A stretch of 32,000 bases of DNA from Candidatus Kuenenia stuttgartensis (GCF_900232105.1 NZ_LT934425.1:3240001-3272000), one strand, 5' to 3'. Shown: positions 18,176-27,486, counted from the first letter of the stretch. Program-made: numbers and translations. Notes: generated from the letters alone by a model not told the origin.

Positions 18176-20550
18176 AACCGGACAAGGTTTTATTAACTAC
18201 CGCTAAGACAATTGTGGCACTTGTTTTGGTCTTGTGTTTTGTAAATGTTAAGGTTTCTTGCGATGAAAATCTGGATAAAAACACGCATATTCTAAAAAAA
18301 ATTGAAGTCAGAGGAAACAAAAGGATTAGTGATGCTGCAATAAGAAGCATCATTCGGTCGAAGGAAGGTGACGTGTATGACCCTAACCTAGTAAGTCAGG
18401 ATGTGGATGCTATTTGGTCACTGGGGTTCTTTGAAAACATAGAGGTTGAAATAGAAGAGACAGCCGATGGGTTAAACCTGATTTTCCTTGTCTCTGAACG
18501 TGCAGTAATTGACAAGATCCTGTTTTCGGGTAATAAAAAGATTAAATCCAAAAAATTGGCAAAAGAAATTGGGATAAGAGAGGGAGACGTATTAAAGCAT
18601 CATCTGCTGAAGTTGGATGAAGATAAAATACGGGATTTATATAAGAAAAAATGTTTTTCCAGAATGCAGGTACATGCGGAGTCCAAGGTGGTAAATGGAG
18701 AAACAACGGTTATCTTTAATATAGAAGAAGGTCCCCGTATACGTATTGCCGATATTGATTTTAAGGGTAATACCAGTTATAAACCCAGAAAACTCCTTAA
18801 GCAAATGGAAACCCGCAAGAAGAGATTCCCGAAAATAATGTTTCCCGGAAGATTTGAACAAGATGTATTTGCATCTGATATGGTTAAAATCAAAGAGTTT
18901 TACATGAATAATGGATGGCTGGATGTTGATGTTGGATGGGAGATAACATATGAAAACGATGACAGTGAGATGTACATTACCATACACGTAAAAGAAGGGG
19001 AAAGATATTATGTAGATACATTAGAAATAAGTGGTACAACAATATTTACCGCAGATGAATTGAAAGCTGCATTAAAATTGAAGGAAGGCGCCCCTTTCTC
19101 TTTAGACGCGGTGGAAAAGGATACATATCAAATCCGGCTTGCTTATGGTGCGCAGGGATATCTTGCAACTAGTGTTAATGAAAAACACATATTTGCTGCT
19201 GATGAAACTAAAGTAAAGGTGTTTTTTGATATTGAGGAGCGTGACAGGTACTATATAGACAAAGTAAAGATTATCGGAAACGATAAGACAAGGGACAATG
19301 TTATTCGCAGGCAGCTAACCTTTAATCCGGGTGAACGGTTAAATGTCGAAAAAATACGTGATAGCCAGAGACGATTGGCAAACACGGGGTATTTTGATAT
19401 GGATTCTGGAATGCCTGCGGGAATTAGTTTTGAACAAGGCTCTGTGCCAAACAAGAAAAATTTAATAGTTGAAGTAAGAGAAGGAAGGACCGGCATGCTA
19501 AGGTTTGGCGGAGGGTATGGGGCAAATGTCGGCGCTTTTGGCGATATTTCATATACAGATAGAAATTTTGATGTTCTTGATTTTCCAAAGGGCTGGAATG
19601 ATTTTCTGAGCGGGAATGCATTTCGCGGCGCAGGACAAATATTAACGTTGCGTTTCAGTCCCGGCTTTCAGAGAACTGAAATCCTTATTTCTTTGACGGA
19701 TCCCGCGATATTTGATTCCCCTTATAGTGCAGGAGCAAGCTTATCCAGCTATAGCAGGTGGTATAACCTTTATCAGCAAAAAAGCGCCGGAGCGCAGATC
19801 TCTGTGGGGAGAGAACTGGTGAGGGATGTTTATGTGAAAGTGAGCCCGTCATTTGAATTGATCGGTATTGAAAGAAGGAAAGATAAGAATGACACACCGC
19901 AGGATGTGTTAGATGTCGAGGGGGGTAATTGGAAAACGGGAGTTACCTTTTCTGCACAGGCGAATAAAACAGATAATATATTCATGCCAACAAAAGGATA
20001 TGCAATTAATACATCGTTCGAGGTTGCAGGCTTAGATGTGGATATTGTAAAATACGATGTAAAGGCAAAAAAATATACTACAGTTTTTGAGGTACCTAAG
20101 TGGGGAAAACATGTTGTCGCTTATGGGGGAACCATTGGGGTGGTCGAGTCCACATCGGGAGAAAACGTTCCGATATTTGAAAGATTTTATGCAGGAGGTT
20201 ATGGGTCTATTCGGGGTTTTAAATACAGAGGCGTCGCACCCATTGATGAGAAAACAGATGAACAGGTAGGTGGGGAACTTTTAATGTTGCTTAATACTGA
20301 ATATTTGGTGCCTTTGTATAAAGATATTGTTCGTATGGCAGTATTTGTTGATGCAGGAAAAGCAGATGAATCTTTGGCGGATTTCAATTTTGATCGTTTC
20401 AGGATGTCGGGAGGGCTTGGTTTAAGGTTGAATATTCCTTTCCTCGGCCAATCAACTGTTTCAATTGATTATGGTGTTCCAATAATGAAAGAAGAAGGGG
20501 ATGAAACCCAGGGATTTTCATTTAATTTTGGAGGGGGCGGCAGCTTTTAA
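18172..20550 (+). CDS. bamA: Outer membrane protein assembly factor BamA (POTRA + Omp85 barrel)
   Basis: Signal-like N-terminus; repeated POTRA segments (ILKKIEVRGNKRISDAAIRSII, IDKILFSGNKKI, IRIADIDFKGN, VDTLEISGTTIF, IDKVKIIGNDKTRDNVIRRQL); barrel motifs ERFYAGGYGSIRGFKYRGVAP and AVFVDAGKA; C-terminal beta strand. ATGA overlap with dnaB. Confidence 0.94.
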   Translation: MKPDKVLLTTAKTIVALVLVLCFVNVKVSCDENLDKNTHILKKIEVRGNKRISDAAIRSIIRSKEGDVYDPNLVSQDVDAIWSLGFFENIEVEIEETADGLNLIFLVSERAVIDKILFSGNKKIKSKKLAKEIGIREGDVLKHHLLKLDEDKIRDLYKKKCFSRMQVHAESKVVNGETTVIFNIEEGPRIRIADIDFKGNTSYKPRKLLKQMETRKKRFPKIMFPGRFEQDVFASDMVKIKEFYMNNGWLDVDVGWEITYENDDSEMYITIHVKEGERYYVDTLEISGTTIFTADELKAALKLKEGAPFSLDAVEKDTYQIRLAYGAQGYLATSVNEKHIFAADETKVKVFFDIEERDRYYIDKVKIIGNDKTRDNVIRRQLTFNPGERLNVEKIRDSQRRLANTGYFDMDSGMPAGISFEQGSVPNKKNLIVEVREGRTGMLRFGGGYGANVGAFGDISYTDRNFDVLDFPKGWNDFLSGNAFRGAGQILTLRFSPGFQRTEILISLTDPAIFDSPYSAGASLSSYSRWYNLYQQKSAGAQISVGRELVRDVYVKVSPSFELIGIERRKDKNDTPQDVLDVEGGNWKTGVTFSAQANKTDNIFMPTKGYAINTSFEVAGLDVDIVKYDVKAKKYTTVFEVPKWGKHVVAYGGTIGVVESTSGENVPIFERFYAGGYGSIRGFKYRGVAPIDEKTDEQVGGELLMLLNTEYLVPLYKDIVRMAVFVDAGKADESLADFNFDRFRMSGGLGLRLNIPFLGQSTVSIDYGVPIMKEEGDETQGFSFNFGGGGSF

Positions 20551-20552
20551 GT

Positions 20553-21188
20553 ATGAAATATAAAAATTATTTGAATGGTATAAAGTGTATTTGTGTTTGT
20601 GTTGTAATTATGGCGAGTTTATGTATGGTTTTGACGAATCAGGTACAGGCTCAAAATGTTAATACCCCTGCAAGTGGTTTAAAAATCGGAGTGGTAGATT
20701 TAAACATTGTGTTTGAAAAATATGAAAAACGAAAACAATATGATGCTGATTTAAGAGAAGAAGAAAAATCATATCAAACCAAAATCAATGATAAAAAAAA
20801 GGAACTGGTGGGCCTGAAGGACAAAATACAACTATTGGATCTTGGCAGCAAGGATAGAAAAAAGTATGAAGAAGAATTTGAAAGGAAAAATATAGAATTG
20901 GAATCTTATGCGAAAGTTGCTGAAAAGAGTCTGATGAGAACGTATAAAGAATCGTTTGAACGGTTGTATTCGGAAGTTTTAAGGGAGATAGAGGCAATAG
21001 GAAAACAAAATCGTTACGATTTAATTATTAAAAAGGAAGATGCTGAATTACAAAGTGGGGGTATTTCTGAAATGCAATTTAAAGTAGGGATAAAAACTGT
21101 TTTATATCACTCTGATGGCGTAGATATTACAAATCATGTAATAGATCTGTTAAACAAAAAATATTCCAAAGCAGACAAAGGGAAATAG
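20553..21188 (+). CDS. OmpH/Skp-family periplasmic chaperone
   Basis: Signal peptide, then KIGVVDLNIVFEKYEKRKQYDADLREEEKSYQTKINDKKKELVGLKDKIQLL coiled coil and YDLIIKKEDA; adjacent to bamA. Confidence 0.87.
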   Translation: MKYKNYLNGIKCICVCVVIMASLCMVLTNQVQAQNVNTPASGLKIGVVDLNIVFEKYEKRKQYDADLREEEKSYQTKINDKKKELVGLKDKIQLLDLGSKDRKKYEEEFERKNIELESYAKVAEKSLMRTYKESFERLYSEVLREIEAIGKQNRYDLIIKKEDAELQSGGISEMQFKVGIKTVLYHSDGVDITNHVIDLLNKKYSKADKGK

Positions 21189-21191
21189 TTT

Positions 21192-22061
21192 TTGGATAAC
21201 TTGCAAAAAACAATTGGGCAACCTGCAGAGTGTTCTGGTTGGGGCATGTTTCGGGGGGAAAGTGTCCGAATAAAGTTTAAACCAGCCTCGGTGAATTCCG
21301 GAATACATTTTGTGCGTGTCGACCTGCCATCTCGTCCAATAATACCCGCGAATGTTCACTTCTTATCAAACACTGCAAAACGCATTTTTTTGAAGAAGGA
21401 TGATGCCGAAGTTGAAGGGATAGAGCATGTAATGGCCGCTCTTGCCGGATTAGGCATTGACAATATAGAAATTGAAATCCATGGACGGGAAATGCCTGCA
21501 GGCGATGGAAGCGCCAAATATTTTATGGATATCCTGAAGGAGGCCACCATTGTTGCATTAGCAGGGGAAAAACATATATTCATAATTCGAGAGCCTATTA
21601 TGGTGAGCAATGGAAATGCAAGTATTATAGCGTCGCCTATTAATGAGGGATTGTTGCTTTCCTATACCCTGGACTTTGATGGTTTTTTTATAGATCCGCA
21701 AACATATGAATATGAAATTGAATTTAATGAAGAAAATTTTTCCAGAGAAGTTGCTTCCGCCAGAACGTTTGGTCTGAGTACCTACGTAGAAGAATTCAAA
21801 AAGCTTGGGCTGGGAAAAGGCGTCACGGACGATAATAGCTACGTAATACAGAAAGATGGAAAGATAACAAAACCTCTTTCTATGAGTCCTGCAGAATTAC
21901 GGTTCCCGAATGAACATGTTAGGCATAAAATTTTGGATCTTATCGGAGATCTTTATTTGGCCAATGTTGTTGTTAAGGGACACATCGTGGCAAAAAGATC
22001 CGGACATTTCCTGAACGCAGAATTGGCAAGAAAAATAGCAAATATCGCATGTAAGGCATGA
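21192..22061 (+). CDS. lpxC: UDP-3-O-acyl-N-acetylglucosamine deacetylase (single-domain LpxC)
   Basis: VEHVMAALAGLGIDNIEIEIHGREMPAGDGSAKYF, EVASARTFG, LRFPNEHVRHKILDLIGDL, VVVKGHIVAKRSGHFLNAELARKI. No FabZ domain after the LpxC domain. Confidence 0.93.
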   Translation: MDNLQKTIGQPAECSGWGMFRGESVRIKFKPASVNSGIHFVRVDLPSRPIIPANVHFLSNTAKRIFLKKDDAEVEGIEHVMAALAGLGIDNIEIEIHGREMPAGDGSAKYFMDILKEATIVALAGEKHIFIIREPIMVSNGNASIIASPINEGLLLSYTLDFDGFFIDPQTYEYEIEFNEENFSREVASARTFGLSTYVEEFKKLGLGKGVTDDNSYVIQKDGKITKPLSMSPAELRFPNEHVRHKILDLIGDLYLANVVVKGHIVAKRSGHFLNAELARKIANIACKA

Positions 22062-22316
22062 ATTATTGTCTGAATCTTACATAATATTTTTGGTATCTTC
22101 CTTTATAATCGTTAATAAATGAAGGTTTAGAGAGAATACGCTGTTTCAGGTTTTTAAACAAATGGATTAAATTCACCTTTTGTATAAAACGATGGCAGCA
22201 ACTGTTCGAGGTAGCGTTTACAAGGTACACTATTCAGTGGTAAGCAATGAGGCAAGATTCAGGTATGAATAAAATGGCCTGATCATTTCAAGAAAACAAA
22301 GAAACGGGGAGACGCA

Positions 22317-23135
22317 ATGAAAATTCATCGATGGGCACTTGTTCACCCCGGTGCTAAATTAGGCAGCGATGTCGAAATTGGTCCTTTTTCTGTTGTCGGT
22401 GAACATGTTACCATCGGTGATAGGACCGTAATAAAGAATAATGCAACGGTAATTGGACATACTACTATAGGGAAAAATAGTGTTATTCATCCAAATGCGG
22501 TATTGGGCGCTGAACCACAAGATCTTAAGTATTGCGGCGAACAATCTTTGCTGCTTATGGGAGATAATAACATTGTGAGAGAAGGGGTCACCATTAACAG
22601 AGGTACCGCTGGCGGTGGTGGGAAAACGGTAATAGGCAACAATTGTTTTTTTATGGCTTGTTCGCATGTTGCCCATGATTGCATAATAGAAAATAACGTC
22701 CTTCTGGCGAATGGTGTGTTATTGGGAGGACATGTTGTATTGGAAAAAGGGGTTAAACTTATGGGTTTAGTAGGTATACAACCATTTGTGACGATAGGTC
22801 GTTATGCTTATGTAGGCGGACACACAAGAATCGTTCAGGATGTGCCTCCATACGTAATAATTGAAGGGCACCCGGCAAGAATAAGGCAGGTTAATGTAAT
22901 CGGGCTGGAAAGAGAGGGGTTTTCCGGAGAGCAAATTGATAAGATTAAAGATTCATTCCGTGTATTATTTCGTTCTGATGAGTTGAATAGAAATAAAATT
23001 TTGGGGCAATTAGAGAAACAAGAATACATTTCACCTGAAGTTGAATATCTGATTACATTTCTGAGAAATATTGAAAAAGGTAAGCATGGGCGTTATAGAG
23101 AAATACTGAGAGTTTCACCCCAAGTAGTAATTTAG
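22317..23135 (+). CDS. lpxA: Acyl-ACP--UDP-N-acetylglucosamine O-acyltransferase
   Basis: IHRWALVHPGAKLGSDVEIGPFSVVGEHVTIGD, hexapeptide repeats, FPNAVLGAEPQDLKY-like NAVLGAEPQDLKYCGEQSLLLMGDNNIVREGVTINRGTAGGGGKTVIGNNCFFMACSHVAHDC. Confidence 0.94.
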   Translation: MKIHRWALVHPGAKLGSDVEIGPFSVVGEHVTIGDRTVIKNNATVIGHTTIGKNSVIHPNAVLGAEPQDLKYCGEQSLLLMGDNNIVREGVTINRGTAGGGGKTVIGNNCFFMACSHVAHDCIIENNVLLANGVLLGGHVVLEKGVKLMGLVGIQPFVTIGRYAYVGGHTRIVQDVPPYVIIEGHPARIRQVNVIGLEREGFSGEQIDKIKDSFRVLFRSDELNRNKILGQLEKQEYISPEVEYLITFLRNIEKGKHGRYREILRVSPQVVI

Positions 23136-23344
23136 TTTTTTGAAAAACTCCAATAAAAGCAATGTCTTTTTATATTCCGTGCACCCCGCGCAAAGGCCTC
23201 CCTTACCCTCTACTTTTTCAAAAAAATAAATTGTTACCACAAAACCAAAAGTCGCCGTCCGCAATTGTTTCGTAGTCTGGTGTATTCTCAACCACGTTAA
23301 GGAGAAGAAGGGTGGTTTGTTTTTGGCAATATTAGAAGGTAAGT

Positions 23345-24373
23345 ATGCATAAGTTAAAGGTTGCGGTAATAGGTGTCGGCCATTTAGGGAAAGAGCATGC
23401 CAGGGTATTTGCCGAATTACCAGGCGTCGAATTGGTTGGAGTGGTTGATGCACTGAACAAACAAGCAGAAGAAATAGCCCGGCGCTATAATACACAATGG
23501 TATGTAAATTATCAGGATGTAATAGATAAGGTTTCTGCCGTAAGTATTGCTGTTCCCACAAAATCGCATTACGCAATTGCAAAAGACTTCCTTACTCATG
23601 GTGTTCACGTCCTCGTTGAAAAACCAATGACAGGAACTGTATCTGAAGCGAAAGAATTAATAAGTCTAAGCAAGAAGAAAGGACTTGTGCTTCAGGCGGG
23701 GTATATTGAGAGGTTTAATCCGGTTATTGTTGCAATAAAAAAAATCTCTTCCAATCCAAGATTTATAGAGTGCCACCGTTTAAGTCCCTTCACGTTTCGA
23801 TCTGCCGATATAGGCGTTGTCCTAGATTTAATGATACATGACATAGATATAATACTGAATATGACAGGCTCAAAGGTAAAAAAAATTGATGCTGTTGGCG
23901 TAAATGTTATTGCCGACAAAGAGGATATTGCAAATGCACGCATTCAATTTCAGAATGGCTGCGTGGCAAACATCACTGCCAGCAGGGTGTCTATTCAGCC
24001 TATGCGGAAAGTGAGATTATTTTCCGAAGACTCATATATTTCCATTGATTATCAGAAGAAAGAAGGGTTAATATATAAAAAATCCCCCAAACTAACCCTC
24101 AGTGCGCTTAATATTTCAGAGATGGATGTTTCGACCATTGCAGACCTAAAAAGCCATGTGTTTGGAGATTTGCTAAAGGTAGAACATATTAAAATGGATG
24201 ATTACGAACCACTAAAAAAAGAACTAGAGTCTTTTGTTACGTGTGTTTTGGAAAACAAGGAACCGGAAGTTTCCGGAGAAGAAGGTTTAAAGGCAATAGA
24301 GGTTGCAAATGATATTTTGCAGGAGATAGAAAGAAATCTTGCGCACTCACGCGCACAATGTATGGAGGATTAA
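23345..24373 (+). CDS. Gfo/Idh/MocA-family NAD(P)-dependent oxidoreductase
   Basis: KLKVAVIGVGHLGKEHARVFAELPGVELVGVVD, AVSIAVPTKSHYAIAKDFLTHGVHVLVEKPMTGTVSEAKELI, GYIERFNPVI, DVVLDLMIHDIDIIL. Confidence 0.9.
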   Translation: MHKLKVAVIGVGHLGKEHARVFAELPGVELVGVVDALNKQAEEIARRYNTQWYVNYQDVIDKVSAVSIAVPTKSHYAIAKDFLTHGVHVLVEKPMTGTVSEAKELISLSKKKGLVLQAGYIERFNPVIVAIKKISSNPRFIECHRLSPFTFRSADIGVVLDLMIHDIDIILNMTGSKVKKIDAVGVNVIADKEDIANARIQFQNGCVANITASRVSIQPMRKVRLFSEDSYISIDYQKKEGLIYKKSPKLTLSALNISEMDVSTIADLKSHVFGDLLKVEHIKMDDYEPLKKELESFVTCVLENKEPEVSGEEGLKAIEVANDILQEIERNLAHSRAQCMED

Positions 24374-24376
24374 ATT

Positions 24377-24604
24377 ATGGAGAAAGAAGTTCTTATTACA
24401 AAAAAAATGAGTACAGGGGAAGTGACAAAGAAATACCCTGCGACTAAAGAAGTTTTTGCAAAGTATTTTGGAAAGGGTTGTTTTGATTGCCCCTCTTTTG
24501 GTACGGAGGATATAAATTTGGCATGTATGATGCATAATACGGATGTTGATAAATTTGTGCAGGAGCTAAATGAAGCCGCATATAAGGAAATAAATAAGAC
24601 ATAA
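24377..24604 (+). CDS. DUF1858-type small protein with CxxC motif
   Basis: ITKKMSTGEVTKKYPATKEVFAKYFGKGCFDCPSFGTEDINLACMMHNTDVDKFVQELN. Confidence 0.8.
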   Translation: MEKEVLITKKMSTGEVTKKYPATKEVFAKYFGKGCFDCPSFGTEDINLACMMHNTDVDKFVQELNEAAYKEINKT

Positions 24605-24697
24605 TAGTTAAATAGCCTGTGCGTCTATAAACGGAAAAATAGTTGATAAGTATATAATTTAATTTTTAAAAAGATTTAAGAGGACGATAGATAAACA

Positions 24698-25003
24698 TTG
24701 AAACATATTGACCTGCAAGAAAAAATAACATTCCACAAAGATCATTTTATTCCCAATATTCTGTATGCCTCCCCGAAAGTTAAAATGCCTCTCATTTGCA
24801 TGGAGCCGGGGCAAGTAATTCCTCCACACGGCGGGAATTCTGCAGGTATATTTTATGTGAAGGAGGGCAAAGGGATTTTTACCTTGGATGATGAGAAAAT
24901 CACAATGGAAAAAGGAATGGTTATTGTTGCGCCTGAGGGTTCTTCTCGGGGGATGAAGTGTCTTGAAAGAATGGTCGTTTTAGCAGTAAGCGCAGGAGGG
25001 TAG
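24698..25003 (+). CDS. Small cupin-domain protein
   Basis: MPLICMEPGQVIPPHGGNSAGIFYVKEGKGIFTLDDEKITMEKGMVIVAPEGSSRGMK; TTG start. Confidence 0.75.
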   Translation: MKHIDLQEKITFHKDHFIPNILYASPKVKMPLICMEPGQVIPPHGGNSAGIFYVKEGKGIFTLDDEKITMEKGMVIVAPEGSSRGMKCLERMVVLAVSAGG

Positions 25004-25013
25004 AGGTATTAAC

Positions 25014-25322
25014 ATGGGTAAAATAGTTTTAGAAGAAAAAGTAAAATTTTCACAGCAGAGTTATTTATCGGACACATTATTTAAGAGTAACAACCTCCTG
25101 CTGGAATTGTTGTGCATGGAAGAAGGCCAGGAAGTTATTTCGAAAATAACGAATTCGCAGGTAATTCTCTTAGTTGTTTCGGGCAATGGTTCTTTAACGC
25201 AGGGGTCTGATACCAGTACCCTTAAGGCGGATTCGTTAGTAATTTTTGAAGGCGTTGAACAGTTTGAAATAAAAGCAAGTAAACAAATGACTATATTGCA
25301 GTATGTTATACCGCAACCGTAA
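25014..25322 (+). CDS. Small cupin-like protein, degenerate metal site
   Basis: Same layout as the preceding cupin (LLLELLCMEEGQEVISKITNSQVILLVVSGNGSLTQGSDTSTLKADSLVIFEGVEQFEIKA) but no His residues at the expected positions. Confidence 0.6.
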   Translation: MGKIVLEEKVKFSQQSYLSDTLFKSNNLLLELLCMEEGQEVISKITNSQVILLVVSGNGSLTQGSDTSTLKADSLVIFEGVEQFEIKASKQMTILQYVIPQP

Positions 25323-25347
25323 GAAATATTTTTGAGAAGGAGAATAG

Positions 25348-25584
25348 ATGAATATTGAAGACCGAATTATACTGGACGTGAGAAATATTATACCAAGAGA
25401 GCGACATCCAAAAATTTTTAATACGTTTGATGGATTAAGAGCGGGAGAGATGATGGTATTGATAAATGATCATGACCCAAAACCTTTAAAGTACCAATTA
25501 GAAGCGGAGCGTCCCGGTCAAATGGAATGGAAATATATCGAGCAAGGACCGGATATCTGGAAGGTTGAGATAGTAAAAAAATAA
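25348..25584 (+). CDS. DUF2249 domain protein
   Basis: LDVRNIIPRERHPKIFNTFDGLRAGEMMVLINDHDPKPLKYQLEAERPGQMEWKYIEQGPDIWKVEIVKK is the canonical DUF2249 pattern. Confidence 0.88.
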   Translation: MNIEDRIILDVRNIIPRERHPKIFNTFDGLRAGEMMVLINDHDPKPLKYQLEAERPGQMEWKYIEQGPDIWKVEIVKK

Positions 25585-25632
25585 TGGTTTTCAGCAAGGA
25601 AAATTAATTAATGTACAAAGGAGGCATAGAGT

Positions 25633-27408
25633 ATGTATAAATTTTCAAAAGTCGCAGTGGTGGTGTGCCTGTTCGTCCTTTTTGTTGGCGCATGGTTTGG
25701 TTTCAGGTCTGTACACGCAGATGCGGAAATTAACGTAAAGGAAAAAAAAGAAAAGAAAGAAAAAATTTCTTCCAAATCTGAAAAATCAGAAAAAAGGGAT
25801 GCTACCGCAGAGATAAAAGATACAAAAACCGAACAAAAGACTGTGACTCCAAAAGAAGAGAAAAAAGAAATTGTAAAGCAGGAAAAACCAGAAGAAAAAG
25901 CAGAACCACCTGCTTCTGAAAAACAGGAAGAAAAACATGCCCCTGTCGTCAAAGAAGATATGGCTGACACTCATCCTAAAGATGCCAGAACCATACAACA
26001 AATTATTTCCGAACTTACCGGAGAGAAAATCGGGCCAGACAACTCCGGAGATGTGTATCATTTAGGTTTAACAGCGACATATACGCCGCCAAAGGAATTA
26101 TTGCCTGGCGAAGGCAAATTTGGGAAATTATTTAGTTTTTTACCTCTTATGAGATGGTACGATCCTGATCATTATTATACACCAAACCAGGCAATTGGAG
26201 GTGAATTCACGCACGGCGAATGTCTTATGTGCCATACGATCCAGACCCCCGGTATTGTAGCTCAATGGAAGAAGAGTAAACATGCTGCGGTAGAACAGGT
26301 GGTTGGCTGTGATAAATGCCATGGCAACAATCACCAGCAATTATACATGCCTTCATGGCAACACTGCGGGGAGTGTCATCCGGAGCAAAAAGAAGGGCAT
26401 CGTGGTGGGGCAATGGCTTCGCACACCTATGCCTTTCATGTGAGTACAATCGAAGCCCCGTGGCAGATTGCAAAGCCTGCAGCCGAGGTTACTGCCTGTG
26501 CTACATGTCATGGGATAGCGGAGAACAGGTGTGACGGATGTCATACCAGGCATGATTTTTCCTTAGCTGAAGCAAGAAAACCAAACAATTGTGGTATTTG
26601 CCACACAGGTTTGGACCATTATGAATACGAAATGTACAGGGAATCCTATCATGGGATGATTTATGAGTCGGAGCAGCATACGTGGGACTGGACAAAACCC
26701 ATGAAACCTGAAAATTACAAAACGCCCACTTGTGCATATTGTCATATGAGAGATGGCGAACATAATGCACAGAAATTCTCCACAGTTAATAGTCACATGG
26801 GCACATCATTGGTCGACAGGGGCGCCCCAAAATATAAGGAGGCCAGACAGAGTTGGATAAACACATGCAAAGGGTGCCATTCTCCAAGATTTGCGGCTGA
26901 TCAACTTGAGGCGATGGATGAAGCGATAAAAGTCAGTTTTACAAAATGGCGTGAAGCCATGAAAATAGTGGTTGACCTTTATAATGACGGGATGCTGGAT
27001 CCGATGCCGAAAGATTTGGCGCCTGACTACGCAGGACATTATACCTTTAGTCTCATTGGTGGTGAAGGCAGGATGTATAATGTATCCGATATAGAGCGGA
27101 CGGCATTTGAGATGCTGGTGTATATTACCAATGCCGTTTACAAGGCAATGGCACACGGAGCAATGTATGGCGCTACTTATGGTAAAGGCGCTTTTCTGCA
27201 GGACCGCTGGTTGATTCAGGTAAAGGCGGAAGCAAGCAAACTTAGAAGAATAAGGGCGTTGGAAGAAAGAGTGGGGATAAAGCATAAGGCATACGATTTC
27301 TGGAAGCACGGTGAATATACCGACTTGCTCCTGGGTTGGAAGAGAAAGCCGGGAGACGTGGACAAGGCAGCATGTAAACACGAGGGCGCTGATTGTTTGG
27401 TTGAATAG
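25633..27408 (+). CDS. Octaheme c-type cytochrome, hydroxylamine oxidoreductase (HAO)-like, with charged N-terminal linker
   Basis: Eight CxxCH motifs: CLMCH (26221), CDKCH, CGECH, CATCH, CDGCH, CGICH, CAYCH, CKGCH (26866-26880). HAO-like layout with a heme-free helical C-terminus (DIERTAFEMLVYITNAVYKAMAHGAMYGATYGKGAFLQDRWLIQVKAEASKLRR). N-terminal hydrophobic signal/anchor then a ~75-residue Lys/Glu-rich segment. Confidence 0.85.
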   Translation: MYKFSKVAVVVCLFVLFVGAWFGFRSVHADAEINVKEKKEKKEKISSKSEKSEKRDATAEIKDTKTEQKTVTPKEEKKEIVKQEKPEEKAEPPASEKQEEKHAPVVKEDMADTHPKDARTIQQIISELTGEKIGPDNSGDVYHLGLTATYTPPKELLPGEGKFGKLFSFLPLMRWYDPDHYYTPNQAIGGEFTHGECLMCHTIQTPGIVAQWKKSKHAAVEQVVGCDKCHGNNHQQLYMPSWQHCGECHPEQKEGHRGGAMASHTYAFHVSTIEAPWQIAKPAAEVTACATCHGIAENRCDGCHTRHDFSLAEARKPNNCGICHTGLDHYEYEMYRESYHGMIYESEQHTWDWTKPMKPENYKTPTCAYCHMRDGEHNAQKFSTVNSHMGTSLVDRGAPKYKEARQSWINTCKGCHSPRFAADQLEAMDEAIKVSFTKWREAMKIVVDLYNDGMLDPMPKDLAPDYAGHYTFSLIGGEGRMYNVSDIERTAFEMLVYITNAVYKAMAHGAMYGATYGKGAFLQDRWLIQVKAEASKLRRIRALEERVGIKHKAYDFWKHGEYTDLLLGWKRKPGDVDKAACKHEGADCLVE

Positions 27409-27440
27409 TATTTTAGACTTTTGATAAAGTATTGTAATAA

Positions 27441-27486
27441 ACAGAAGGTATAATGCTTAATAAAAGGTTATGCCTTCTGTTTTTTT
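27441..27486 (+). terminator. Rho-independent terminator downstream of the octaheme cytochrome
   Basis: acagaaggtataa ... ttatgccttctgt (13-bp stem with one G-T pair) immediately followed by ttttttt. Confidence 0.85.

Noticed and set aside
23115-23582. 155-aa antisense ORF spanning the lpxA to oxidoreductase gap
   Set aside because: Overlaps the start of the oxidoreductase gene, has no recognisable domain, and looks like random open frame in AT-rich DNA.
26806-27381. 191-aa antisense ORF in the octaheme cytochrome gene
   Set aside because: Fully overlaps the heme-motif-bearing CDS on the other strand; no domain features.
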